A model generated the notes under the pieces. The model did no database searches. It saw only the letters and a program-made list of their open reading frames with translations, and was not told the origin of the DNA. DNA of 64,000 nt from Chrysemys picta bellii. Lineage: Eukaryota. Position 1 is the first letter of the stretch. The number at the start of each line of letters is the position of its first letter. Position numbers and translations under genes: made by a program. Below are positions 35,693-61,723 of this stretch, piece after piece. The DNA is taken from NCBI RefSeq assembly GCF_011386835.1, contig NC_088810.1, positions 20,584,001-20,648,000 on the forward strand, given 5' to 3'.

Positions 35693-37863
35693 CCTGACCA
35701 GGTCTTTGCATAGTCAGGCCCATGTGGAAGGACATGGCATTTCATTCACACAGATTGCTGTGTAATTTCTCTGTATGTTACACACATACAGCTCGTGCTA
35801 TACACCAAAGGAGCCCAATCCTTAAGCAGTTCGCACAGCAGTATGTGATCTCCTGTAATCTCACTACAGGAAACAAACATAGCATTTATTGACATACAAG
35901 CTACAAACACTGATCATGGAGGCAACTCACACTATTTGGGGTTTAAAAAACAACCACCACCATCCCCAGCTCCTGGAGTCAGGTGAATCTCAGCTTTTGT
36001 TAAAACAAAGTTTCTAGCCTTCATGTTTGCAGCGTAGCAAATCCCAAGCATTTAAAAAAAGAAAGAAAGAAACTCATGGGCCAGACCCTGAGAAGTTATA
36101 ATAGATGTTGGGTTCTTTTTATTTGCTTTCTGTGTTTTGAGCCTTTAGGAACACCCAGGTCACATTTTCAAGTTTTTTCCCCAAAACCATGAGATCCAGA
36201 TCTATGTGTGATTCTCACGTGACTCCAGGAGCTTGCACTTTAAGTCAGACACCAAATATGGCAAGACTTATGATTTAAAAAAAAAAAATCTAGTTTGGTA
36301 ACATTGCAGTTGCAAAGAAAAGATTACAAGCATGACATCTAAAGACTCAGAAAAAAGAAGTAAATACGTGTTATTTTTGGAAGAGCTTGTCCTTAAGCCA
36401 ATCTCATGGCTTTTGGGGGGGCTCACTCATGATTTCAATCATTTGGGGGGGTAACACTGCTGTCCCATCAGTTTATAATTTTCCTCACTACTACCCCAGG
36501 TACCCCAAAATCCTGTGGGACCAGTGGAAGAAAAGCCTAGGTGGCTGGATGAGTTAACTGGGAAACTTGTGTCTTCTTAGCACTGCACCTTTTAACAGCA
36601 GAGAATTCTGGATCTACGCAAGGGCACCTGTCAGTCTATGAGGCAGCAGGTTACTGCCAGTCACATTTCTTGCCAAACGTAGAGATACAGCAGTTTTCAC
36701 TCCACCACTGTGATCAAGGGGGGACAATAAAAATGCAGAGGCCCTTATTCAGGTTTCCAGAGGCACACACATCCCATTTTATACCCAACTGGTGACTTTT
36801 TTTCTTTTTTAAAAGAATAGAAGAGTTCAGCTGGGCTGGACACAGGCAGACACGTTATAGTAACACCTCAGAGCTCTAATCATGGAGCAGGATCAATGCT
36901 ATAGCACCTCAAAGACTTTAGGACTTAAATAAGTCCAGCTATAAGTATCCCAGCCAAAGCTAGTCACTTTGACAAAGTCTGCCCCCAGTTGAGAGTGCTG
37001 AATATCAGGGGATTGGGGTGGGGAGGGAAGGGGAACTAACTTCACACAAACTCTGCTTTAACAACATTGTACCCACAATATAACTACATTTGTAGCACAG
37101 GTACCCCCTAAAATCAAGGCTCAAATAACTAATTAAGTCACTTTTACACTGCTACTTACATTAAGAGATTCATTTTCTATCAAAATACTACCATCACCCT
37201 CCTTCTACATTCACTTTCCCCAGGAGTACCTCACAGCGGGGCTTTTTATAGTTCCTCTACACCAGCAAACTAGTGTGGGTATGTGGGAGGAGCCTTTCAA
37301 CCCTCCCTCTGACAGGCTTTGTAGCTAATTAGAGTGGGACTCGGGGATTCCCTGCTCTGCCATAGACTTCCTGTGTGACCTTGGGGAAATCATTTAATCT
37401 TTCTATGCCTCAGTTCCCCATGTGTAAAAAATGGGGACAACTGCCCTGCCCTGCCTTACGGGGGTTATTTACAGGATAAATACACCATAACTTGGGAGGG
37501 ACTCACATACTAAGGCAATGGGGCCAATGGGCCATATAAGTACCCTAGATAGATACACACATTAGAAGAAACAGCTGGGCCCTTGCCTTTACTTACTGAT
37601 CAGCCCCAGGCCAACTGCCCCATTGTTGCCGTTACTGAAATACGGGGACCAATTTTGCTATGGTAGACATGTCCTAAAAGGGCAACTTGTATTTCTCTCT
37701 GTGTTTTTGTTGCCATCTCAGCAAACCTACGGGGTGGCTCTTGAATAATAATAAAATGCTATCCCTTGCTGATATCCCTAGGCCTTGCCCACAACAGCGG
37801 ACTGCACAGCCATAATTAACCACCCGCGCAGCTCTGGAAATGGATGCTGTAGTATAGACAGGG

Positions 37864-39315
37864 CTCTCACCACACTTAATTCACACTTTTCCTTCTCACT
37901 CCAGATGCCCATTCCCAGCTATCAGTCAGAACTGTCTTTTCCTATCTGTTCCTTCCCAGCTGCCACGGAACCCTCTCATCCCGACGTTCCGTCCCCGCTA
38001 CCACAGAACCCTCTGATCCCAACATTCCATCCCCAGCTACCACGGAACCCTCTCATCCCGACATTCCATCCCCAGCTACCACGGAACCCTCTCATCCCAA
38101 CATTCCATCCCCAGCTACCATGGAACCCTCTGATCCCGACATTCTGTCCTCGCTACCACGGAACCCTCTCATCCCAACATTCTGTCCCTGCTACCACAGA
38201 ACCCTCTGATCCCAACATTCCGTCCCCAGATACCACGGAACCCTCTCATCCCGAAATTCCGTCCCCGCTACCATGGAACCCTCTGATCCCGACATTCCAT
38301 CCCCAGCTACCATGGAACCCTCTGATCCTGACATTCCATCCCCAGCTACCACGGAACCCTTTGATCCCAACATTCTGTCCCCGCTACCACAGAAGCCTTT
38401 GATCCCAACATTCTGTCCCTGCTACCACAGAACCCTCTGATCCCAACATTCCGTCCCCAGATACCACGGAACCCTCTGATCCTGACATTCCATCCCCAGT
38501 GGCCACAGAATCCTCTGATCCCAACATTCCGTCCCCACTACCACGAAACCCTCTGATCCCAACATTCCATCCCCAGCTACCACAGAACCCTCTGATCTCC
38601 ACATTCCATCCCCTCTCACCACACTTAATTCACACTTTTCCTTCTCACTCCAGATGCCCATTCCCAGCTATCAGTCAGAACTGTCTTTTCCTATCTGTTC
38701 CTTCCCAGCTGCCATGGAACCCTCTCATCCCGACGTTCCGTCCCTGCTACCATAGAACCCTCTCATCCCAACATTCCATCCCCAGCTACCACGGAACCCT
38801 CTCATCCCGACGTTCCGTCCCCGCTACCACGGAACCCTCTGATCCCAACATTCCATCCCCAGCTGCCACGGAACCCTCTCATCCCGACGTTCCGTCCCCG
38901 CTACCACGGAACCCTCTCATCCCAACATTCCATCCCCAGCTACCACGGAACCCTCTGATCCCGACATTCCATCCCCAGCTACCATGGAACGCTCTGAACC
39001 CAACATTCCATCCCTAGCAGCCACAGAACCCTCTGATCCCAACATTCCATCCCCAACTACCACAGAACCCTCTGATCTCCACATTCCATCCCCGCTACCA
39101 CGGAACCCTCTGATCCCAACAGTCCATCCCTAACCATAGGTGCTGGAACTAGGGGGGCTGGCTGCTGGAGGTGCTGCGGTACCCCCTGGCTTGAAGTGGT
39201 TTCATTATATACAGCGTTTACAGTTTGGTTCAGTGGCTGTCAGCACCCTCACTGTACAAATTGTTCCAGCAGCCCTGTCCCTAGCCGCCAGGGAACCCTC
39301 TGATCCCGACATTCA
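37864..39315. repeat. 39-bp minisatellite (unit about CTACCACGGAACCCTCTSATCCCRACATTCCATCCCCAG) in two blocks, each with a 96-bp leader
   Basis: Period 39 read directly (units at 38037 and 38076). The leader occurs at 37864-37959 and again at 38613-38708. Confidence 0.95.
39135..39277. mobile_element. 143-bp hAT-like MITE inserted in the last minisatellite unit
   Basis: TIRs CATAGGTGCTGGAAC and GTTCCAGCAGCCCTG; near-TSD TCCCTAAC / TCCCTAGC. Confidence 0.75.
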
Positions 39316-39720
39316 GTGCTTCTCCTGTTCAAGGGACATCACCCGACCTATTCTGCCGGCTGTCAGACTAGGAACCCAAAGGAAAGAATGCCACACGGTC
39401 AACCCCACCCCCCGCCCCAGTTACCCTCTCCTGCCCCGAGTCCTTCCCCCACCCTGCACCGTGAGTCTACCCCTCCCTCCCCCTGCAGCTCCCACTCCGG
39501 TCCGAACCCTCCGTGGCTCGCCCAGCACTGCAGCTCCCTCCCTGGTCCCCCTCCCCTGTTGCCCCCACTGAGATCCCCTCCCCGCCCCCCCCCCGGCTGC
39601 AGTTCCCCGCCTGGCCGCGCGGGGGGCGGTGTGCGCCGGGCTCTCTCCCCCGGCAGCGGCCGGGCGCCGCTCTCCCCACGCCGGCTGCCCCCGGGCTGGC
39701 TGGCTGGGCGGGCGGCGAAG

Positions 39721-53586
<13,866 letters not shown>

Positions 53587-54104
53587 ACTCAATCGTGCTG
53601 TCCCACAGTCATCAAACACACACCCACACACACACACAGGGGCCTTTCAGGAAGACCCACCATCATTTTCATATCCTCTGACAGCTGTCCATGTATTTAA
53701 AACAAACAAAAAAAAAGATACAGCTTCACCCCGACATTCCTACTAAGTTAAGATTTCATGTTGAAATGCTCTTTAACTGGCTTGTGTGTGGATCTCGATT
53801 CTCAGCAAGTGGCCACAGAGACTTCAGATGTGTATTTTTCCTAAATATGCCCTCTGTATCTCAGACACTCTTCCCTCTCTAGATGGTAGAGACGATACTT
53901 CTAGTTACTTACCTGAATGATTGTGTTTGAGTAGCTTGATTTTAACTGTACGTTATTCCTCCCCATTCCTCCTTCCAGGCAAATATTTAAACCTAGGCTG
54001 AGTTTTTCTCCCCAGCATCTTATCAGGAATGGATCAAAAGAGGGACTGAAATGACTTGGATGTTTCTGATGTCATTTGTCTTCAAATACTCCCATCAGAC
54101 GCAC

Positions 54105-54257
54105 TGGGCGTGATTTTCATTTACTCCACTATGGAAGTGTGTAAAGGGGGACTTAACATTGGGTGTAAAATACATTTGCTTTGAGCCCCCTCCCCCCACC
54201 CCCTCATGCTGCCAGAGTGGTGTAGATGTGCCTTGATGTGATTGAGAATCAGGCCCC
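54105..54257. mobile_element. Short palindromic GGGCCTGATTCTC...GAGAATCAGGCCC MITE-like repeat (representative copy)
   Basis: Inverted ends; similar copies at about 1082-1200, 5892-5990, 17800-17925, 23463-23700 and 63230-63380. Confidence 0.55.
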
Positions 54258-54263
54258 TCCTCG

Positions 54264-54298
54264 TATTTTTATTTTATTTTATTTTATTTTATTATTTT
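54264..54298. repeat. (TTTTA)n microsatellite in the UBQLN4 3'UTR
   Basis: Read directly. Confidence 0.85.
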
Positions 54299-55443
54299 CA
54301 ACCCAAGTTTTGGAAGAAGTGTACCCTGCCAAGGGGAACTTTTGAGAAGCAGTTTTCTGCCCAAACACTACAGTTCTCTCACACTGTGGCGTTACGGGGG
54401 TGGTGGCTCTTGTGTCTCTGCTGTCTGGTTTTTGAAAGTGTAAAAGCAAAATGGGGAGGGGGGAAATTAACAAAGATCTTTCTCTCCACTGGAAAATGTT
54501 GAAAGTCCTCGTTCTTGTGTTTGTACGTCTGCTCTCTAATTCAGGGGTGCTCAAACCTCACAATGAGTCCACCCTCCTGAGGACCAGCGGGGTAGCTTCC
54601 CAGAAGCCAATACAGCTACGTCATTTGCATCTAAATTTGCATACCACTCTTATTGAAAAACAAAAGAAATGAACACAACCATCTGTCTCCCCTTGCTCCA
54701 CGTATTTTCCTGGATGGCTCCATTTACCCTTTGGGGACCCTGTGGCCCTTGAGTGACCTGCAGTTTATCAGATTTTGTCCCCCTGCCCTTATCCCGCAGA
54801 TGGTGCTGGGTTTTGCATGACCGTCGGCCTGTCTTTGTGGGACACCCTTGCTCTAGTTGTGGCGAGAAGCTTTCTGATGCTGGCTGAGGTGCACCAGGAA
54901 ACCCAGGCTGGCAACTTGACTAATGTCAGATGCCAGGGGTGATTTGTTAGAAACCTCCCATGTACTTAGAGCTTTGAGAGTGTGTACGACTTGTTAGCAT
55001 CTCCTCTCTAGCAGGCTCACCTCATGTTTCATTGTCTAATTTTACCACCTCTCTCCATTGACCAATCAAGATCACCAAAGGTCAGCAGCACTCTTTCCAC
55101 TGACTTCAATAGGCTGTGGGTCAGAACTCCTGGTAGGAAGCAGAACCACCACCCAACGACTGCCTCTCTTGTCTAGCTTCCTCCAGGGCTGGGGCGATCC
55201 TGAAGAGTACAGGTGGTTGGTCAGTTCCATACACCGATGAATACACCTCAGGATCTCAAAGCAACCCACTGGGCAGTGTTGTGATTGATCACAGACTGTT
55301 GACTTGGCCTCCAGCTGTTCAGAAGTTAGCACAGGCACTTGCCCTGGGCTTCATATTTGGTGGTGGACAGGTATCAAGTCAGCTCTCTTTTGTGGGGGGT
55401 GGGATGGTGAGTGATCCTGAGCTTTCCTGATTCCTTCGTTTCT

Positions 55444-55449
55444 ATTAAA
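55444..55449 (+). terminator. Probable UBQLN4 polyadenylation signal ATTAAA
   Basis: ATTAAA about 1.9 kb after the stop; plausible 3'UTR length, not proven. Confidence 0.45.
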
Positions 55450-58400
55450 CCATTCCAGGCAAGTCCATCTCCGTTAGTCCAATGAGGGAATCCTACATCC
55501 TTTTGTCAGAGTGTAGCTGGGGCAGTGGCTGGTGGGAGAGGAGGGAGGAAAAGGGAGGTTGTGTGTGTGATGGGGACAGAGATGCTGCCTCTTTTGCCAC
55601 AGCATAAGTACTATGGAGGCAGTGTGGACTGGGATTTAGGAGGTTTAGGTTCTAATCCTGACTCTGCCAAAGGTCTGCTGAGTGACTGGGCAAATCACTT
55701 CACCCCTCTCTGCCTTGGTTTCCCCACGTGTAAAGGAGCTTGGAGATCTAAGGATAATAGCGCTATATAAAGGCAAGGTGGTGATATTACTGCACAGGAA
55801 GGTGAGGACAGGAGAGTTCTCGTAATACTCTTGATCAGCCCCCTTAGTGTTCGCTCGGAAGGCTGCCTGCGCAGTCCTTAGAGGGATTTTCTGCTCTGCC
55901 AGCAATCTAGCGTAGGAATGGAGCAGGCTTCCTGGGGCAAGGCAGGTCTCTTACCTGCGGGGAGCTCTGATCACTCAGTGCGGGGTTTACGTCCTCTCTG
56001 CTTGAGCCAGCGGTTGCAAAGGAGCATATGCCTGCAGGATTTGAGGAAGGAGTCTGGGGTGGCAAGATATATTGGATGAGAGGATAAGGGGGAATAGAGG
56101 GAACTTAAATTCATCTAGTTTCAGGTGGGTGATTAGAAGCAGGGAAGCATGTGCTGCAGAATCTCTTGTCTCAGATGTTTGCTCCAGACATGGACCGCTC
56201 TTAAAAACAAAATAGTCCCTATTTCTTATAGAGCCAAAGATTGCCTTAAGCCTCTGTGGCCACATCTTTGTGCATCTGCAGACAGCCAGAAACAGAGGCA
56301 TGAGCTGCCTCCGTGCATCTCCATTGGAGTGTTGATTCTGAAGCCTAATGATTACATGTCAGCGCTGTTACGTGTTTCGCTGCTGATCTCTTGAACAAGA
56401 TGGTTCTGCTACTTGCTTATCCAATTAAAGCCAAAAGTCCTAATTATCCCATGTCCAGCTGCCAACATCAGTCTAGGCCTCTCCCTAGCTTTGTATAGTT
56501 TTTAGACAGATCAAGTGAGTTCTGTGTGGGTCGTGTGGAGGGGCCAGCGAGTTAGGAATGAAGTGGGAGCAATATATTTACTCTTTTTTTTGTTTATTTG
56601 ACCACTGGATGTCTCTGAATGCTACAGGGCAGGGTGGGTGGTCTCTGGTAAGCAGAGACACAGCTGGGGCTCGAGCTGTGTAGAAACCAGGTGTTGTGTC
56701 TATAGCAGAGTTGATTGGAAACAGGTCTATTCCTCCCCCGTGGAATAATTTAGACAAAAATGAACATTATTTTTAGTTGAAATTTTTTGGTTGAAAACCG
56801 TTTTGTTTAAATGTTTGGGGTTTTCCTAAAGAACATTCAATCGAAAACGTTTCCTGCACACGTTTCTGTTTGGACAAAAGTGTTGTTTTCCACTGGTAAA
56901 AAAAACATTGCTACAGGGCAACTTTTTGACCAGCTGTAGGCTGGAGCTTGTAGAGTTTTTTTTTTTTTTCTAACAGAGCCCTAATATGTCCCAAGCCAGC
57001 GATCGGTCCCACTTTCCCTGGGGTTCAATCTCCACCGCCCAGGCAGTCCTTGATGGCTCTTTGCTGGTTTAAGCAGAAAACACAAATCTCCCGTCTCTCC
57101 CTGACGGCAAAATCTGCCATCACATCAGCAGGAAGCCATCACTCACTCGTTGCTGGCCCAGCATCCCAGCTGCCAAAATACAGATAATAGGGCGGCTCGC
57201 TATCTCCCTTTGCAGCCCTTGCTTGCGTCCTGTGTTGGTTTACCGGCTTTCCAGTTTCTGGTGGCTAATTTGGCAAGGCTCCCATCCCCTGCGCTCCACT
57301 TCCTGCTGCTCAGCAGGTGCTTTGTCCAACACAACAGCACCGCCACCGCACAGTGTGTTTGTGTTACTTGGCTTGAAGCGTGTGTTGTCCCTTCAGCAAC
57401 ACAAAGGTTGGCCTATGGCAGCCATGGTAGGCTGAGATGGGCTAACAGGTTTCCTCCATGCTGGACCGCGCTTGTCAGGTAAGCGCATGCAGCATCTAAG
57501 CTGGGGTGCACTGCAACGCAGGCGTGTCCAAGTGCTGGGGGTGGGCAAGCCCTGGAGACTGCGTGGTCTGTATTCGCCGTTTGTGTGTTTGGGCAGGGAC
57601 AGAGTGCAGGGGAAGGAAGGTTATGTCACGCCACTGTTGCACGCTCAGATTCATGGCCTTTGCAGGGTCCTCCTTGAAGCTTAACATGTTCTGGTTCTCT
57701 ATGGTCTCCAGGAAGCAGAACTAGCTACAGTAGTGTACCCTGGCTACTGGGGCTGGGAGCAGGGAGGGTGCAGAGCACCTCCTCCACTCCTGAAGGCCCC
57801 CTGTGCAGGAGGATTCTGGGCCAATTTCCCCCTACTTTTAGGCCTGAGTGTAGCTGAGAACCAGACCCTCTATCCACCGGACAGGGGTGGCCCAGGCAGT
57901 GGTAATGAAAGATTTCCCCCATGCCAGCATATCTTATCCGTGACCTCTCTGAGATGAGAAGGGATTTCAGCTCCATGGCCCATTCCGTCCTGGTCTTCTA
58001 CTGAGCCTGCCTGACAAAGGAGCTTCTTGGGGGCCTGGATGCTTTCCCACTAGGGACCAGACTGAGCTTAAGAGAAGCTACTGGCCCAGGATCCCACTGC
58101 TGGGAAGAGGATGCAGAGAGGCACGGATCCGAGGGGCCCCTTGTCTGATCCCTTCCCAGCCCCTGGGATCGTGCGTAACGCATGGCTTATCAATGGAGCA
58201 AGAGCTATTGCTAAGTACGTGTATTCTATATTTGGGTCTTGCTGACAATCTGAGAACAGGCAAGGCCTCTAAGACACAGCCGCTGCACCTGTTCTCTCTA
58301 GAGAAGCCAGCGTGGCCTCACCTTTAATTAGCTGATGCTTTCAAGGAGGCCGCTTTGAAGAAGGGAGCTTCTTAGTAAGACCTAAGCCACTCAAGGGAGC

Positions 58401-59381
58401 TAGAATCAGCCTTAACACTCAATAATGTGCTATTCTAGGGGCCTTTCTTAAAGGAACAATTATGTTCTTTCTATTTTTCCTTCCCATAGGGGCTGATCCT
58501 AAAGTGCTGCCTGCTGCCCTGAGTTCTGTTATTAGTGTCCATCAGACTTTACTCAGGTAAATAGATTTAATTCCCTTAAACCTGATTATACTTAATACAA
58601 AGAGAATTTCCCTAAAGTTGTTTGTGTGTTGGGAGCACGAGGGTTGCTAAACCTGATCAGATCTATCATGCTACTAAGCCAGTTGCCTGAAGCCGGATTC
58701 TCAGCTGATGTAAATAAGCATATTTCCAGCTGTTTCAGAGAGAGGTTGGAAGCTAGAAGTTGCATTAAAAAATGGTAAGTGTTTTCAGCAAAAGAACCTT
58801 CTGAATGAAACATAAATTTCCTGGAAAATCCATCCACTTTCGTATGAAATGTTTCATGGAATTGTCTGATGTAAATGACTTTTATTTCAGTTTTTCACTG
58901 AAATGTTTAGTTTAGCTTTTTCAGACCCTCACATTTCTCCCTTTTTTTTTTTTGGAGAAAAGCTCCCCTCCCCCAAGCCTAAATTATAAACTTTCCATTT
59001 GAAGCAACCCCCCAGCTTGTTTCAAAGGGCTTCTGGAAAGGGACAGACTTTTCAATCGTTACAGCCCTGGGCTCCTGATGTAAAGGCTCCAAAGGCCATT
59101 CCCATCTCCCTGCACCATGTGGCTTCCCCTGCATGGACTTCACAGTTGGCCAGCTTAGATCTGTGCTGAAAGTCATAGGAATTGCTGAATCAGACCCAGG
59201 GTCCACCTAGCCTGTCTCCAGCCATGGTCAGCACCAGAGAACCCTGCAGTGGTAGGATAATCGCCACCCCAGAAAAGTCCCTTCCTGACCATATTGGTTA
59301 GAAGTTGATTAGTGGCCTGAAGCAGGCCAGTTTATAGCCCTTCTAAGTTGCTTTGTTGTTTTTTTTAAACCCCTGCTGTTC

Positions 59382-59562
59382 TAGAATAGCAGGGTTGGAA
59401 GGGACCTCAGGATGTCATCTAGTCCAACCCCCCCTACTCAAAGCAGGACCAATCCCCAGGCAGATTTTTTTACCCCAGTTTCCCCAAGTGGCCCCCTCAA
59501 GGATTGAGCTCACAACCCTGGGTTTAGTACGCCAATGCTCAAACCACTGAGCTATCCCTCCC
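59382..59562 (-). mobile_element. Turtle tRNA-derived SINE
   Basis: Same head; tail resembles the 11019 and 20402 copies. Confidence 0.85.
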
Positions 59563-61628
59563 GCGGGCAGTTCAGGTTAGTCCTATCAATATCCAATCGT
59601 TGGCTGAATCCCTGTGGCAATCAGTTCACAGGCTGTGTGTTTTCCTACTGCTAGAAGAAGAACAGTATAGATTCACCTTCTCTCCTCCTCGTGCTGCTGG
59701 GTCCCAGGGAAGGTACCGTGGATGGATTCTTGGAGGCCAGTCCTGGGGCTGTGAGGAGACTGGGATTTGTTGTTCGCTTCCCTGACACTGGAAACAACAA
59801 AATCACAAGTCTTCCAGACCGACCCAGAAACGAGCGTGGCGAGGATCTGGAATGAGAAGCATCTTCCCCTTGCGAAGATCTCGCTGGGTCACTTGGCTCA
59901 GGGACGTTGCGTTAGCGAGAATCTGAAAGAGATACAGAGAATGGGAGCTGCGTTCTACAGAAGTTGCTTTTATTAGCATGCTGCCGGGCTGGTTTCTGGG
60001 TCTCCCAGCGCCTGGTGATAAGGAAACAGCTGGAGATCCTGGGCTTTTAGTCTCATTTTTACGAAGGCCCCTTTTACACCACTCTAGCAGTAAGATGTGT
60101 GTAAATTAATTACTAAATAGACCTACCGGGGCTTTACTGTGAGAATCCGCTCCTGGTGCTCCTATCCCCTCTAGGTGGGAGCCCCTCACAAAGAGCCTGG
60201 GCTACAGGCATCCTCCCAGTGGCGGTGAAGTTACGAAAGACTTATTTAAGAGTTTGTCCACCTTGAGCTTCCTCACGGGCTCTGAGGGAATAAGTGTGTT
60301 GAGATCCTCAGAGGAAATGTCCTAGTGAAGGACAAAATTGTTATCGGAGAAGAAATCCAAGCCCTCTGCTCCAGACAGAGTCAGATGCCCCTCTGTCACA
60401 GCACCCAGGTTTCACATACTCCCAGGGTTAGGAGTATTCTGCATGGGCGAGATCTGTTCTGTGGATTGGAACGGCAGATCTAGACTCCGTTTCAGACCCT
60501 GGATGCCCTCAAGTTTGAACAGGGGGTTCTGGTTTGGGATCGTTGCTGCAAATGACCCTCCCTGAGGTGTTTGTTCTTCGTGATCTGACCAGCATAAACC
60601 CCACAGTCAGGTGGGGCCTCCTGAGAGAGAAGCTGCTCTGGGAGGGTGATGGCTGCCATCTTGGCTGACTTACTGGGGATTGAACCAGGCACCTCGAGAG
60701 CTGAAAGCAGGAGCTGCTACAGCTTGAGCTAAAGAGCTCCTGTAACCGACCCCTGTCCTCTGTGGCTTGGGACCAGAGTAGGACCTGTAATGCACATTCT
60801 CTTGTGGGTTATGCTTATGCTAGCAGAAGATAAAGTGTCGGGGATGGGGGGGGGGAGAGGAGCTGACCTACTAGGGATCATTGTGAACCCCCCACACACA
60901 CAGGAAGTGAAGTGTTATCAGCAAATCCTCTTGATCCCGTTATTTGGGACCCAGGGAAGAACATGTTGCCATTCTCTGCACAGAGACCTTGGCCTTCTCC
61001 CGTTGCCAAGGCAACCACCACAATCAAAATGGCCTCGCCTGTCTTGGTCATTCTTGTTGTGCTGCCTGGCGGCCAGTTTCCTCGGGTGGAGAGATAATGA
61101 CGCTTGTTGGCGGGGAGGACTTTGTGTCCCACAGCCCCTCTTGGCACCAAAGAGGGTCAGGGCTCTACGCCTGACAGGATCGGGCCTCGTCCAGAACGTT
61201 TATGATTGGGGATCTCGGCCTGGGGCAGCCCTGGTTTGAAGAGAGGGGGCGAAATACCCAAGCGCTAGATTAGGTCTCTCCGCCTTTGCGAGAGGAAGTA
61301 CAAGGACTCTAGCCCAGATGATGGGCCTTTTATATTTCGCCCCAAAACCCAGCTAAATCGGCGCGAGCTATTTCATGGGCTGTTCTGAGCTAACCGACTG
61401 AACACCATGCAGGGACAGGAAAATGGAAGCTGCTTGGCTCCAATTTTTAAAATATTTAACAGAACAGATTTCTCGTTTACTTAATAATTGACCAAAAAAA
61501 AAAAAAAAAAAGGAGGAGGAAAAATGCCCCGCATAGGATGGAAGTATAGTCTATGATACTGTGGAAGTCAGGACTCCTGGGTTCCTTTCCTCACTCTGGG
61601 AGAGCATTTAGTGGCTGGAGGTGGGACT

Positions 61629-61723
61629 GGGACAGTCCCGATTTGTGGGTCTTTTTCTTATATAGGCTCCTATTACCCCCCCGCCCCCGTCCCGATTTTT
61701 CACATTTGCTGTCTGGTCACCCT
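61629..61723. mobile_element. Truncated non-autonomous DNA transposon with an AGGGTGACCAGA terminus
   Basis: TCTGGTCACCCT end and internal GTCCCGATTT repeats. Confidence 0.55.

Noticed and set aside
37785-39017. Long ORFs of 205 aa and 172 aa (PLIPTFHPQLPRN repeats) and their antisense counterparts
   Set aside because: They arise from the 39-bp (13-codon) minisatellite; no splice or homology support.
61029-61097. Signal-peptide-like MASPVLVILVVLPG with a good Kozak context
   Set aside because: It stops after 22 codons and has no convincing donor or compatible downstream exon.
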